DNA of 64,000 nucleotides. Origin: Escherichia coli (GTDB lineage: Bacteria; Pseudomonadota; Gammaproteobacteria; Enterobacterales; Enterobacteriaceae). The translations under genes were made by a program, and so were the position numbers. The notes below the pieces were generated by a model, which was given only the letters and a program-made list of their open reading frames with translations, did no database searches and was not told the origin of the DNA. This document shows positions 31,396 to 41,141 of the stretch, one piece after another (the first letter of the stretch is position 1; each line of letters starts with the position of its first letter). Where the stretch lies: the NCBI RefSeq assembly GCF_011045215.1, contig NZ_CP049201.1; one strand, given 5' to 3'.

Positions 31396-32229
31396 ATGCA
31401 GCGCTTATTTCTTTTGGTTGCCGTCATGTTACTGAGCGGATGCTTAACCGCCCCGCCTAAAGAAGCCGCCAGACCGACATTAATGCCTCGAGCTCAGAGC
31501 TACAAAGATTTGACCCATCTGCCAGCGCCGACGGGTAAGATCTTTGTTTCGGTATACAACATTCAGGACGAAACCGGGCAATTTAAACCCTACCCGGCAA
31601 GTAACTTCTCCACTGCTGTTCCGCAAAGCGCCACGGCAATGCTGGTCACGGCATTGAAAGATTCTCGCTGGTTTATACCGCTGGAGCGCCAGGGCTTACA
31701 AAACCTGCTTAACGAGCGCAAGATTATTCGTGCGGCACAAGAAAACGGCACGGTTGCCATTAATAACCGAATCCCGCTGCAATCTTTAACGGCGGCAAAT
31801 ATCATGGTTGAAGGTTCGATTATCGGTTATGAAAGCAACGTCAAATCTGGCGGGGTTGGGGCAAGATATTTTGGGATCGGTGCCGACACGCAATACCAGC
31901 TCGATCAGATTGCCGTGAACCTGCGCGTCGTCAATGTGAGTACCGGTGAGATCCTCTCCTCGGTGAACACCAGTAAGACGATACTTTCCTATGAAGTTCA
32001 GGCCGGGGTTTTCCGCTTTATTGACTACCAGCGCTTGCTGGAAGGGGAAGTGGGTTACACCTCAAACGAACCCGTTATGCTGTGTCTGATGTCGGCTATC
32101 GAAACAGGGGTCATTTTCCTGATTAATGATGGTATTGACCGTGGTCTGTGGGATTTGCAGAACAAAGCAGAACGGCAGAATGACATTCTGGTGAAATACC
32201 GCCATATGTCGGTTCCACCGGAATCCTGA
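31396..32229 (+). CDS. csgG: curli secretion channel lipoprotein CsgG
   Basis: ORF track 277 aa, MQRLFLLVAVMLLSGCLTAPPKEAARPTLMPRAQSYKDLTHLP... Confidence 0.96.
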   Translation: MQRLFLLVAVMLLSGCLTAPPKEAARPTLMPRAQSYKDLTHLPAPTGKIFVSVYNIQDETGQFKPYPASNFSTAVPQSATAMLVTALKDSRWFIPLERQGLQNLLNERKIIRAAQENGTVAINNRIPLQSLTAANIMVEGSIIGYESNVKSGGVGARYFGIGADTQYQLDQIAVNLRVVNVSTGEILSSVNTSKTILSYEVQAGVFRFIDYQRLLEGEVGYTSNEPVMLCLMSAIETGVIFLINDGIDRGLWDLQNKAERQNDILVKYRHMSVPPES

Positions 32230-32235
32230 CAGATA

Positions 32236-32305
32236 AAAAAGCCGGAATTATCATCCGGCATTTTACTGCTTAAGCGAAAGCGTGAGTGCCCCTCACGCTT
32301 TATTT
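32236..32305. terminator. two hairpin terminators between convergent csgG and ycdZ
   Basis: GCCGGAATTATCATCCGGC+ATTTT and AGCGTGAG-TGCCCC-TCACGCT+TTATTTTT read directly. Confidence 0.7.
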
Positions 32306-32784
32306 TTGATTTCCTGCTCACGGTGCGCCGTCTTTGCACTACGCGCCGCCAGCCACAGGCCGCTGTTTTTCATTGCGTAACCAAATATCAGCCCAAGCGC
32401 CAGCGAAGGTAACACCAGTTTCCAGTCACCCTGCCCGGCAAACGTCGCGCATGCGCCTATAAACGTCCCCGGAACAAATGAAAGCAGCAGCTGTTTGGCC
32501 TGAATACACATCAGAAACGCGACAATACCGGTTATGACATAACCGAGAATTTCCAAATGTGGCGTCAGTGCACTACCGTAAATAATGACCATCGCCCACA
32601 CCACGCCACTAAGCAGGGTTGCAGCGGAGATCGCCAGCCCTTTCAGCCCACCTTGCGGGCAGGCAAAGTAGGCCGTACAGCCCAGGAAGCCCGCCCAGCT
32701 TAGTAAGCCCAGGGAAACAGCCACCCATCCCCAGATACCGGAGAGAATGCCTGTTGTGATTGCAATAGAGAGAAGTATGTTCAT
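32293..32784 (-). CDS. ycdZ: inner membrane protein YcdZ (DUF1097)
   Basis: ORF track 32293..32832; residue 17 Met gives 163 aa MNILLSIAITTGILSGIWGWVAVSLGLLSWAGF... Confidence 0.88.
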   Translation of the reverse strand: MNILLSIAITTGILSGIWGWVAVSLGLLSWAGFLGCTAYFACPQGGLKGLAISAATLLSGVVWAMVIIYGSALTPHLEILGYVITGIVAFLMCIQAKQLLLSFVPGTFIGACATFAGQGDWKLVLPSLALGLIFGYAMKNSGLWLAARSAKTAHREQEIKNKA

Positions 32785-32885
32785 GCCGCGCATGATAGCA
32801 GAAAACGCGGCCATGAATGAGATCGAGCACACATTTTATGCAACAACAAATTATCTGTTGCAGTTATGAGTGACGATGATCACAT

Positions 32886-33440
32886 TTACTCTTCAGAATC
32901 TTCTTCCAGCTCGTCCCACATTGCACTAATGGCATCACGGGTTAGCGGTGCCATGGTGCGCCAGAAAGGCGTGGTTGCATGGGCCTCCACTTTGCCGAGG
33001 AACGCACCACACCAGGGTAACAGATACTCACTGAACAGTGTTTCCAGTGCTTCGCTCTCATCTTCCGTTGACTGATCTTCCAGCCAGGAAGCCGCAAGCA
33101 GCAATGTGCCGATGTGATCGGCTGGCGTATCCGCCAGTGGCATCCCTCGTTCGGAAAGAAAAGCGCGCACTTCCGCTTCCGTTGCGTCCTCAACCCATGC
33201 GCTACGATATGGCGGCACGGCACATTCATCGCCGATAAACAACGCATTGTAATCGGCAGAGACTTGCGCCATATCACAGCTTTTCTGTAAACGCGTCAGT
33301 AACTCATCCTGCTCCAGTGGCCAGTTCGCAGCCAGTTTCCCCTCACGAATCAGGGTAAACAGCGGCACCAGTAAAGGATCTTGCGGTTGGCGGTAATAGA
33401 GCGAACCCAGCACACGACAGAGGATAGAAAACTCGTTCAT
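32886..33440 (-). CDS. ycdY: TorD-family redox enzyme maturation chaperone YcdY
   Basis: ORF track 184 aa, MNEFSILCRVLGSLYYRQPQDPLLVPLFTLIREGKLAANWPLEQDELL... Confidence 0.9.
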   Translation of the reverse strand: MNEFSILCRVLGSLYYRQPQDPLLVPLFTLIREGKLAANWPLEQDELLTRLQKSCDMAQVSADYNALFIGDECAVPPYRSAWVEDATEAEVRAFLSERGMPLADTPADHIGTLLLAASWLEDQSTEDESEALETLFSEYLLPWCGAFLGKVEAHATTPFWRTMAPLTRDAISAMWDELEEDSEE

Positions 33441-33463
33441 TAATATATTTCCATTACTAGTAA

Positions 33464-34201
33464 TTAAAGGTCTGCAAATTCCGCAATCGGTGCCATACCG
33501 CGAGATTCAAGGAAGTTCAGTAAGCGGCGCGGCGAAACATTCAAAATGCGCTCTGGCGGAAAATCTACCGCGTCGAGGATTTTAAGACACTCTTCAAATT
33601 CCCCCATGGTAAACGCGGTGTGAGAATCCGAGCCTAATGCCACCCAACCTCCAGCATCACGTACCGCTGCGGCTACCGCACGACAGTTGTCTTCACTGCC
33701 CTTACGTGAGTGTAAAAATGAAGAATTATTGATTTCCAGCGCCACCTGATGTTTCGCGGCTGCTTCAGCAACGGCTTTCACATCTATTTCATATTTGGGA
33801 TTTCCGGGATGGCTTATTATATGCACATTGCCGCTGGCGATAGTGGCGATCATCGCTTGTGTATTGGTCGCTTTGTCATGTGGTGCAAAAACCGGCTCAT
33901 GAAAACCGGCAATAATCAGATCCAGCGAGTCAAACATTTTACCGCTGCAATCAATTTCACCATCAACATTTTTAATGTTAGCTTCGATGCCGCGCAGGAT
34001 CCCTACCCCATCAACCACTCGCGGCCAGATACGCATGTTAATGAAGTGCCAGTGATGCGGAGCATCTTCCATATCCGGGCCATGATCGGTGATCGCAAAA
34101 AGTTTAATGCCCTTTTGTTTGGCCTGGGCAATGTAATCACTCAATGTGCTATATGCATGTGTGCTGGCAACGGTATGCATATGAAGGTCGACGGGATACA
34201 T
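33464..34201 (-). CDS. ycdX: PHP-family zinc phosphatase YcdX
   Basis: ORF track 245 aa, [53 protein letters not shown]... Confidence 0.92.
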
Positions 34202-34255
34202 AACTCTCTCCTGTATTCAATTCCCGCCAAGGATAGCAGGAATCCTGATGCTTTA

Positions 34256-35233
<978 letters not shown>

Positions 35234-35427
35234 TTATCGTTATGATCTACAAAGACCACCAGCATAACAAATCCGTGGTCGGTGGCAAAAAAAGCAGATT
35301 TCGCTTATTAAAACCACATATTGATTGAAGTTTGAATAAACGCGCGATTTTTTAAAAAAGTTTGTTGACCTCAGGTCATGATTTCCCTAAATTAGCGCCC
35401 GTTCCAGCAAGACAGGAACGACAATTT

Positions 35428-35515
35428 GGTGAGGTGTCCGAGTGGCTGAAGGAGCACGCCTGGAAAGTGTGTATACGGCAACGTATCGGGGGTTCGAATC
35501 CCCCCCTCACCGCCA
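35428..35515 (+). tRNA. serX: tRNA-Ser (anticodon GGA)
   Basis: 88-nt sequence GGTGAGGTGTCCGAGTGGCTGAAGGAGCACGCCTGGAAAGTGTGTATACGGCAACGTATCGGGGGTTCGAATCCCCCCCTCACCGCCA; anticodon loop CTGGAAA, long variable arm, GGTTCGAATCC T-arm, CCA end; coordinates anchored to overlapping ORF 35442..35702. Confidence 0.95.
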
Positions 35516-35518
35516 GAT

Positions 35519-35552
35519 TATAAGCGCATGTTATTGTTTAACATGCGCTTTT
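35519..35552 (+). terminator. rho-independent terminator after serX
   Basis: AAGCGCATGTT-ATTGTTT-AACATGCGCTT followed by TTTTTATTTT. Confidence 0.8.
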
Positions 35553-35664
35553 TTATTTTCCCTTTCAGACAGTATGCCATCGGGTATGCCATCTGAAACC
35601 GGTTTATATGCCCCGCGATCATATCTTATCGGACAATTTCCGATCTTTGAGCATACTGGCAAAG

Positions 35665-36507
35665 CTATACTGCCAGCATATCAGGATAGTGTTTTGCGAT
35701 AATATCATTCAGTCTGTCAACCAGTTCTGGTTTTCTGAACGTGATATGCGCGGAGCCCTTCTTAAAGTATCTGATGCTGAACATCTCATCTTCATAGCTC
35801 TCTTTACCCTGAACAGACTGAATGTGATCATCCAGACGAAGGGTGATGTTTCCCCGGTTGTCGGGGATTGGTTTACCGCTGAACAGGTGCAACATTCTTT
35901 CCAGATCGGCGAGTCGATCTGCCTGTTGCCCGGTGATAAGGTGAAATCCCCACCGGTCCCACCTCACCAGGTTGTTGACGATAATTTTACTGCCAAATTT
36001 GCAGGGGCAATTGGTTTTGTAATTCCAGTTCAATCCTCTGAAGACGTTGATCACCCCTCGCTCAAACACCTCATCCTTATTCTGGTGCAGTTGTTCAAAT
36101 GTGCTCAGAATGTTCGCTTCGCTGATTTCCGGAAAATTATCGTACTCCAGTGACCGGTACCATGTATCACGGGCCTGCGTATCCATTAATGACAGCATCC
36201 CGGAACGTTGCATCAGGTCACGCCAGATTTCGCGATCAAGATTCCGGGTAATGGCTTTCATTGCTGTTTCGGGTTTCTCCATCAGCCAGCAACCGCAGCG
36301 AAAATCCTGTTTCATGGCCCAGTCCGGGGCAGTTTTACCTCCGATGCTTTCCGTCAGCACCGAGATTTCAGCCAGTTGTCGGATAAGTGTGTCGATTTGC
36401 AACAGTGTACTCTTTCGTACAGCCAGAATGTGGCGAATGCTGGTTGAGCAGATAACGTCCGTATGCCCGTTGACCACTTCCGGACGGGAGATTGTGATAT
36501 CTGACAT
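35665..36507 (-). CDS. island protein of unknown function, recalled as DUF4942-like
   Basis: ORF track 280 aa, MSDITISRPEVVNGHTDVICSTSIRHILAVRKSTLLQIDTLIRQ...; first gene of the island next to serX; family from recollection of CP4-like islands. Confidence 0.6.
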   Translation of the reverse strand: MSDITISRPEVVNGHTDVICSTSIRHILAVRKSTLLQIDTLIRQLAEISVLTESIGGKTAPDWAMKQDFRCGCWLMEKPETAMKAITRNLDREIWRDLMQRSGMLSLMDTQARDTWYRSLEYDNFPEISEANILSTFEQLHQNKDEVFERGVINVFRGLNWNYKTNCPCKFGSKIIVNNLVRWDRWGFHLITGQQADRLADLERMLHLFSGKPIPDNRGNITLRLDDHIQSVQGKESYEDEMFSIRYFKKGSAHITFRKPELVDRLNDIIAKHYPDMLAV

Positions 36508-36591
36508 AATCGATATTCCTTTTTGCAGATAAATGAAAACGCCAGCCCTGTTCAGGCTGGCGTCAGAGGAATGAAGTCTGGTGAGTGAGCT

Positions 36592-36789
36592 TCACCGGTT
36601 CTGGTGCAGAAGCTGCAGATGACGCAGGGTACGGACATCCTCCCGGGCCTGTTCGATACAGGGCAACAGTGCTGCTGAATCCGTTTTATCCTCATCGTTG
36701 TCAAAGATAATTCCCGATCCGCAGTCGATATTGTCCTGCAGCCACGCAATCAGAATATCCAGCGCTGTTTCCGTGGTTAATGATTTCAT
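36592..36789 (-). CDS. small island protein, recalled as DUF957-like
   Basis: ORF track 36592..36834; residue 16 Met gives 65 aa MKSLTTETALDILIAWLQDNIDCGSGIIFDNDEDKTDSAALLPCIEQAREDVRTLRHL... Confidence 0.6.
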   Translation of the reverse strand: MKSLTTETALDILIAWLQDNIDCGSGIIFDNDEDKTDSAALLPCIEQAREDVRTLRHLQLLHQNR

Positions 36790-36800
36790 GTTGTTTCTGG

Positions 36801-37289
36801 TTACCAGTCGAAAGTGGGTAAACCCGGCAGGCATTCAGCGCTGGCATCCAGATGAATGAGACTGACGCCATAACGTCGGGTAAGTGTGACAACCAGACGA
36901 CGGAACGTTTTTGACAGGCCCAGGCGCTTAAGCCGCAGAACCGGGTATGACCACGCATCGGTACGTAACAGATATCCGCTACCTGTGAAATGAATCCATT
37001 CTGATTCGCCGGTGTCATTCGTCTGATGTGACAGCGAGTACAGCCAGGCGTTGTCCTTTTCCGTGATATGTGCGGTACTGCAGCGTATGCCGGTAAGGGC
37101 AGCAAATGGTGGCGTGCAGTCTGCTGAGGTCCGGTCAGATTCATCAACAACACGAAGGGAGTAGCCGTTATCGCAGACCATGTTAATCAGTTCAGCGAGC
37201 TCAATACCATCAACGTCAACGACAATGCGCCCCATGTTCAGTGCCTGCACGTTAATGCTGTCGGCTTCCAGCGTCAGGGCCAGTTTCAT
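36801..37289 (-). CDS. YeeW-like protein downstream of the toxin gene
   Basis: ORF track 162 aa, MKLALTLEADSINVQALNMGRIVVDVDGIELAELINMVCDNGYSLRV...; ATG overlaps the toxin stop (ATGA). Confidence 0.7.
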   Translation of the reverse strand: MKLALTLEADSINVQALNMGRIVVDVDGIELAELINMVCDNGYSLRVVDESDRTSADCTPPFAALTGIRCSTAHITEKDNAWLYSLSHQTNDTGESEWIHFTGSGYLLRTDAWSYPVLRLKRLGLSKTFRRLVVTLTRRYGVSLIHLDASAECLPGLPTFDW

Positions 37290-37663
37290 TGTTTCGCCCC
37301 CGGATGTTTACCCAGGGTAATGTTATTTACCGTTCTGTAGTTGTCGCGTGTCATCAGGCCGGTTGCCCGGCGTGCCCGGAGGATATCAATACTGTTTATT
37401 AACTGAGAACGGGTACAGGCGCTGAATCCCGGCTGGTCGGTACGCACCAGTGCGTATTTTTCAACGAGAAAGTTCACCGCATTGCACAGTGAAATGCCTG
37501 CCTCAATATGCTGCTCAATCACACGTTCATCAGCGAACGGTGTGTCATTCAGTGTGAGACCGTAATGCTGGTCCAGCAGTCGGGTGAGCAGTGTCTGCCA
37601 GATGGTGACGGGAGACGGGCAGCGCGATGCCTCCCGTACGTGTGTGTCAGGTAATGTTTTCAT
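37286..37663 (-). CDS. CbtA/YeeV/YkfI-family type IV toxin (cytoskeleton-targeting)
   Basis: ORF track 37286..37765; residue 35 Met gives 125 aa MKTLPDTHVREASRCPSPVTIWQTLLTRLLDQHYGLTLNDTPFADERVIEQHIEAGISLCNAVNFLVEKYALVRTDQPGFSACTRSQLINSIDILRARRATGLMTRDNY..., near-identical to recalled CbtA/YpjF. Confidence 0.9.
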   Translation of the reverse strand: MKTLPDTHVREASRCPSPVTIWQTLLTRLLDQHYGLTLNDTPFADERVIEQHIEAGISLCNAVNFLVEKYALVRTDQPGFSACTRSQLINSIDILRARRATGLMTRDNYRTVNNITLGKHPGAKQ

Positions 37664-37709
37664 CTTAAGTTCTCTGTAACTGGTAGTGCTAAAGGTGAGA
37701 TATTCGGGG

Positions 37710-38084
37710 TTATGAGGTGGTTGCGGGTGCCAGTGTCGAATAAACAGCCATATAAACGTAACCACAGCTGCCGAGGGTGTCGGCTTCGCAGGTCAGCCCT
37801 CTGGCATACAGCGTGACGGTATGCTGATGGCGGGGATTCAGTTCACCGCTGGTGAGCATGAGTTCCAGTTGTTTCATCAGCAGCGGAAAGGCCTGGTCCA
37901 GATGGTACGCATCCGCGTCGCTGAACCGGCCTCTGATACCGGCGCGGTCTGCAAGGTAATGCAACCGGTTACCCTCCTGCACCAGACGTGCTCCGAAACA
38001 AGGTGTCACGGTACAGGGCAGTCCCCACCAGGGGCGGCCGCGATTGTCGTCGGGATGAGTTGTCTCATGGAGTGTGTCTGACAC
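37710..38084 (-). CDS. CbeA/YeeU/YfjZ-family antitoxin
   Basis: ORF track 124 aa, MSDTLHETTHPDDNRGRPWWGLPCTVTPCFGARLVQEGNRLHYLADRAGIRGRFSDADAYHLDQAFPLLMKQLELMLTSGELNPRHQHTVTLYARGLTCEADTLGSCGYVY...; directly upstream of the toxin. Confidence 0.9.
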   Translation of the reverse strand: MSDTLHETTHPDDNRGRPWWGLPCTVTPCFGARLVQEGNRLHYLADRAGIRGRFSDADAYHLDQAFPLLMKQLELMLTSGELNPRHQHTVTLYARGLTCEADTLGSCGYVYMAVYSTLAPATTS

Positions 38085-38158
38085 AATAAAATCCTCACAA
38101 AAAATCAGTTAAGAATGGTCCGGTGGCAGCGATAATTCTGCTCATCATTTCTCCTGAC

Positions 38159-38380
38159 TCAGTTCAGAGTGACGCTCATCAGCCGGACATACGGGCCAAA
38201 ACTGTCCTTACGGCGTTCTGCAAACACGGCCAGCACACCGGGAATATCCTGCACTTCACGACCGGTATACGCCTCAGCACTGCCGTGCCAGCGGTATTTG
38301 CCGGTACAGAACGGAAAAAGACGGGATGCAGGATGTTGTTGGTGAATACGCATGGCTTCACCACGGGTGATAATTTTCAT
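38159..38380 (-). CDS. YeeT-like protein (DUF987)
   Basis: ORF track 73 aa, MKIITRGEAMRIHQQHPASRLFPFCTGKYRWHGSAEAYTGREVQDIPGVLAVFAERRKDSFGPYVRLMSVTLN. Confidence 0.85.
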   Translation of the reverse strand: MKIITRGEAMRIHQQHPASRLFPFCTGKYRWHGSAEAYTGREVQDIPGVLAVFAERRKDSFGPYVRLMSVTLN

Positions 38381-38448
38381 GGTGGGATACCTCTGAAGAC
38401 AGAAGATAAAAGTGAAAACAGGTGTGATGTGGTTGTGACGGTGACGGG

Positions 38449-38940
38449 TTAAAGCAGACCGTGTTCCGCAAAGGAGAAAACCTGGTTGCCTCCGACTATC
38501 AGATGGTCCGGCACCCGGATGTCCACCAGGGCCAGCGCCTGTACCAGACGTTCGGTGATAAGCCGGTCTGCCTTACTGGGTGTGACTTCACCGGACGGAT
38601 GATTGTGTGCCAGCACCACGGCTGCGGCATTGTGATACAGGGCGCGTTTAATCACTTCCCGGGGATGGACTTCCGTGCGGTTGATAGTGCCGGTGAAGAG
38701 GGTTTCACCGGCAATCAGCTGATTCTGGTTATTCAGATACAGCACCCGGAATTCTTCACGCTCCAGTCCCGCCATGTTCAGAATCAGCCATTCCCGTGCC
38801 GCATGCGTGGAGGTGAAGGCCACGCCGGGTTCATGAAGATGGCGGTCCAGGGTTTTCAGGGCCCGCTGAATGAGACTGCGCTCGCCGGGCGTCATCTCTC
38901 CGGGCAGAAAGGAAAGCTGTTGCATTGCCCCTGCCTCCAT
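38449..38940 (-). CDS. RadC-like JAB-domain protein (YeeS/YkfG/YfjY family)
   Basis: ORF track 163 aa with HNHPSGEVTPSKAD (JAMM-like HxHPSG) motif; alternative ATG at 38925 (MQQLSFLPGEMTPGERSLIQRAL...). Confidence 0.88.
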   Translation of the reverse strand: MEAGAMQQLSFLPGEMTPGERSLIQRALKTLDRHLHEPGVAFTSTHAAREWLILNMAGLEREEFRVLYLNNQNQLIAGETLFTGTINRTEVHPREVIKRALYHNAAAVVLAHNHPSGEVTPSKADRLITERLVQALALVDIRVPDHLIVGGNQVFSFAEHGLL

Positions 38941-39426
38941 TCAGTCGATGATGCGCATAATGGCGCTGCATTCCGGATGTTGCAGGGCGTAATCCCGCAA
39001 CCGATAATAATGGACCGTCATGGCATAACACTCCGTACGACAGGCATGATGACTGTACGTCATCAGACAGGCGGCAATGCCGGCGGCTTCCGGACTCATT
39101 TCAGCGCGGTTACCGTTCATGGCATTGAACAGTACCCATGTTTCGTCATCATCGTCATCCGGTTCGGGTGCCATAAATGCCCCGCCGTTGTTCAGGGTGT
39201 ACAGATTCCAGATACCACCGCAGTAGTCTTCGCACAGACGGTCCATCCAGCCGAAGACACGGGGTTCCAGGGTCACCCACTGTGGAATGAGGCCAAAGTG
39301 CTGCGGCCAGAAGCTGATGCGCTGTTCATCAGGGACGGGAGTGGCAACCAACTGAGACTGGTTATTCCCTGATGCAGTAGTTACGGAAACAGAAGGTGTG
39401 GTGGAGCTATGCGAAAAGGTTGTCAT
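38941..39426 (-). CDS. antirestriction protein, ArdB/KlcA family (YfjX/YafX-like)
   Basis: ORF track 161 aa; C-terminal 120 aa (RISFWPQHFGLIPQWVTLEPRVFGWMDRLCEDYCGGIWNLYTLNNGGAFMAPE...HYYRLRDYALQHPECSAIMRIID) match recalled YfjX/KlcA. Confidence 0.85.
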   Translation of the reverse strand: MTTFSHSSTTPSVSVTTASGNNQSQLVATPVPDEQRISFWPQHFGLIPQWVTLEPRVFGWMDRLCEDYCGGIWNLYTLNNGGAFMAPEPDDDDDETWVLFNAMNGNRAEMSPEAAGIAACLMTYSHHACRTECYAMTVHYYRLRDYALQHPECSAIMRIID

Positions 39427-39517
39427 GAGATGATTCCTTATAAAAAGTAAATGAATGGAAGAATGCCTGGGGATTGGTACAGACGTGAGTCAGGGCTGCA
39501 CTTTCAGGGAAACAGCA

Positions 39518-40336
39518 TTAGCGCATGCTCTCCAGCAGCGTTTCTGCCATCACCCACAATGCGCGATTGAGCTTAATGTCCGTGTCGATGCTGTGAATGG
39601 CACGGGTGTGGATACGTTTTCCTTTAGCGCTGCGACCGGAAATTCCGCCTTTCAGCATATTCTCCTGAATGGTCTGATAAGCACTCCACAGGTCCTTACC
39701 GTAATCCTCCCTGCGTCGTGGTGTCAGAATGTCGGCGGTGGTGACGGGCTGATGTTCGTCACCATAACGGTAAGTCAGTGCCGCCTGTGCCAGCGCCTGG
39801 TGTGCCGGTGGCGGCAGAATCAGCGACTGCATGGCATCACGCTTTTCCTCAATCCGGTCAAAAACGCCCACCACTTCGTAAGCCCCTTCAATAACTTTCT
39901 CCACCACGTCTCCCCGGTGCGGAACACGCACCTCTCCCAGAGACTGACCGCAGACGCACCCGTTCTGACAAACGAATCTGAAGTAACCCGGCAGCATCTG
40001 GTAGCTGGAGGTACCGTCATGGGAATTGAGCAGGATGATTTCCGGGACATGCTGTCCGTTTATCTCTCCGGCCCGCCGCAGACGCAGCATGTGTTTGGTA
40101 TACCCCCGGCGGCCCGGGTCACGTACGCGGGTCTGGCAGGCGAAGAAGGGCTGAAAGCCCTCCCGCTGCAGACTTTCCAGCACGGTGATGGTGGGGATAT
40201 ACGTATAGCGTTCACTGCGGGAGGTATGCCGGTCTTCCCCAAAAATACCGGGTACATAGTGCATCAGCTCTTCATGTGTCAGCGGACGGTCACGGCGTAT
40301 CTGGTTCGCATAACCAAAACGACTTGCTAATCGCAT
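39518..40336 (-). CDS. DUF932-domain protein (YafZ/YfjQ-like)
   Basis: ORF track 272 aa, MRLASRFGYANQIRRDRPLTHEELMHYVPGIFGEDRHTSRSERYTYIPTITVLESLQREGFQPFFACQTRV... Confidence 0.75.
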   Translation of the reverse strand: MRLASRFGYANQIRRDRPLTHEELMHYVPGIFGEDRHTSRSERYTYIPTITVLESLQREGFQPFFACQTRVRDPGRRGYTKHMLRLRRAGEINGQHVPEIILLNSHDGTSSYQMLPGYFRFVCQNGCVCGQSLGEVRVPHRGDVVEKVIEGAYEVVGVFDRIEEKRDAMQSLILPPPAHQALAQAALTYRYGDEHQPVTTADILTPRRREDYGKDLWSAYQTIQENMLKGGISGRSAKGKRIHTRAIHSIDTDIKLNRALWVMAETLLESMR

Positions 40337-40544
40337 GATCTGCTCCTTATGAATGATTAAGCGGTATAAATGAAAAAGCCGCAGCTCCCGGAGAAGACGC
40401 GGCCTGATGGATGATGTTTATTGTCTGAGGTACCCTTCACGGGCGGGCCACGCATTAAGCTGTTATGACAGCAACCGCCTGCCCGTATGAGAAAGATCCT
40501 TCAGCCAGGACATACTCTGTGTAACCCGGCATATCTGTTTTCTC

Positions 40545-40585
40545 CTGATAAATAAAAAGCCTCTGCCACGCGTTGTGACAGAGGC
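40545..40585 (-). terminator. terminator after the secreted-protein gene
   Basis: hairpin GCCTCTG-N11-CAGAGGC with T-run on the minus strand. Confidence 0.6.
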
Positions 40586-40610
40586 TGAAGCATGAAACTG
40601 ACTTCAGGGA

Positions 40611-41066
40611 TCAGTTAACGTTTTTTCCGGAAACGGTAATTAGCAGTGGATGGTAGTCCTGGGGATCGAAAACCGATAACGGCAGACTGACACGATGGCC
40701 GTTACTTTCTTCAGTTGCTTTAATGATTTCGGTTGTGGCGACATTTTCCACGCACTCCGTTTCCAGAAATGCGTCTGTGGTTCGCGTGGCATCACTGTCA
40801 CCAAAGGCTTCCGTTTCCATTTTTCTGGTCACCAGCCTCTGACCATATTTGTCTTTGAGTTGCAGAGTGATGGTGAGGGGGCCAAATCCTTCTCCGTTTC
40901 CGCCATTATCCAGCCGGAACTGGTAAGCACAAATATTTCCCGGGAGCCATATCGTATCTGTATTGCGTATACTGATGTAACGTTGATCCTGTGCCCGGAG
41001 TGGGGCAGACCACGTTAACCCCAGAATGACGCCGGTAATAATGCAGGTTTTGAACAGGTGAATCAT
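40611..41066 (-). CDS. hypothetical secreted protein
   Basis: ORF track 151 aa, MIHLFKTCIITGVILGLTWSAPLRAQDQRYISIRNTDTIWLPGNICAYQFRLD...; predicted cleavable signal peptide; no family recognised. Confidence 0.6.
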   Translation of the reverse strand: MIHLFKTCIITGVILGLTWSAPLRAQDQRYISIRNTDTIWLPGNICAYQFRLDNGGNGEGFGPLTITLQLKDKYGQRLVTRKMETEAFGDSDATRTTDAFLETECVENVATTEIIKATEESNGHRVSLPLSVFDPQDYHPLLITVSGKNVN

Positions 41067-41141
41067 GGTATTTACCTCTCTGAGTCATGACGATGACACT
41101 GACAAATCAGGTGATAAAACGTAAAAGGTGCAGAATACTCG

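Noticed and set aside
35442-35702. 86-aa ORF on the plus strand beginning inside the tRNA-Ser gene
   Set aside because: It reads through the tRNA and its terminator; the first 25 codons are the tRNA sequence itself, so it is an artefact of ORF calling
38461-39372. 303-aa plus-strand ORF spanning the RadC-like and antirestriction genes
   Set aside because: Antisense to two recognisable genes, low-complexity composition, no known family; treated as a shadow ORF
39455-40330. 291-aa plus-strand ORF antisense to the DUF932 gene
   Set aside because: Fully overlaps a gene with clear family resemblance on the other strand; no start-site support
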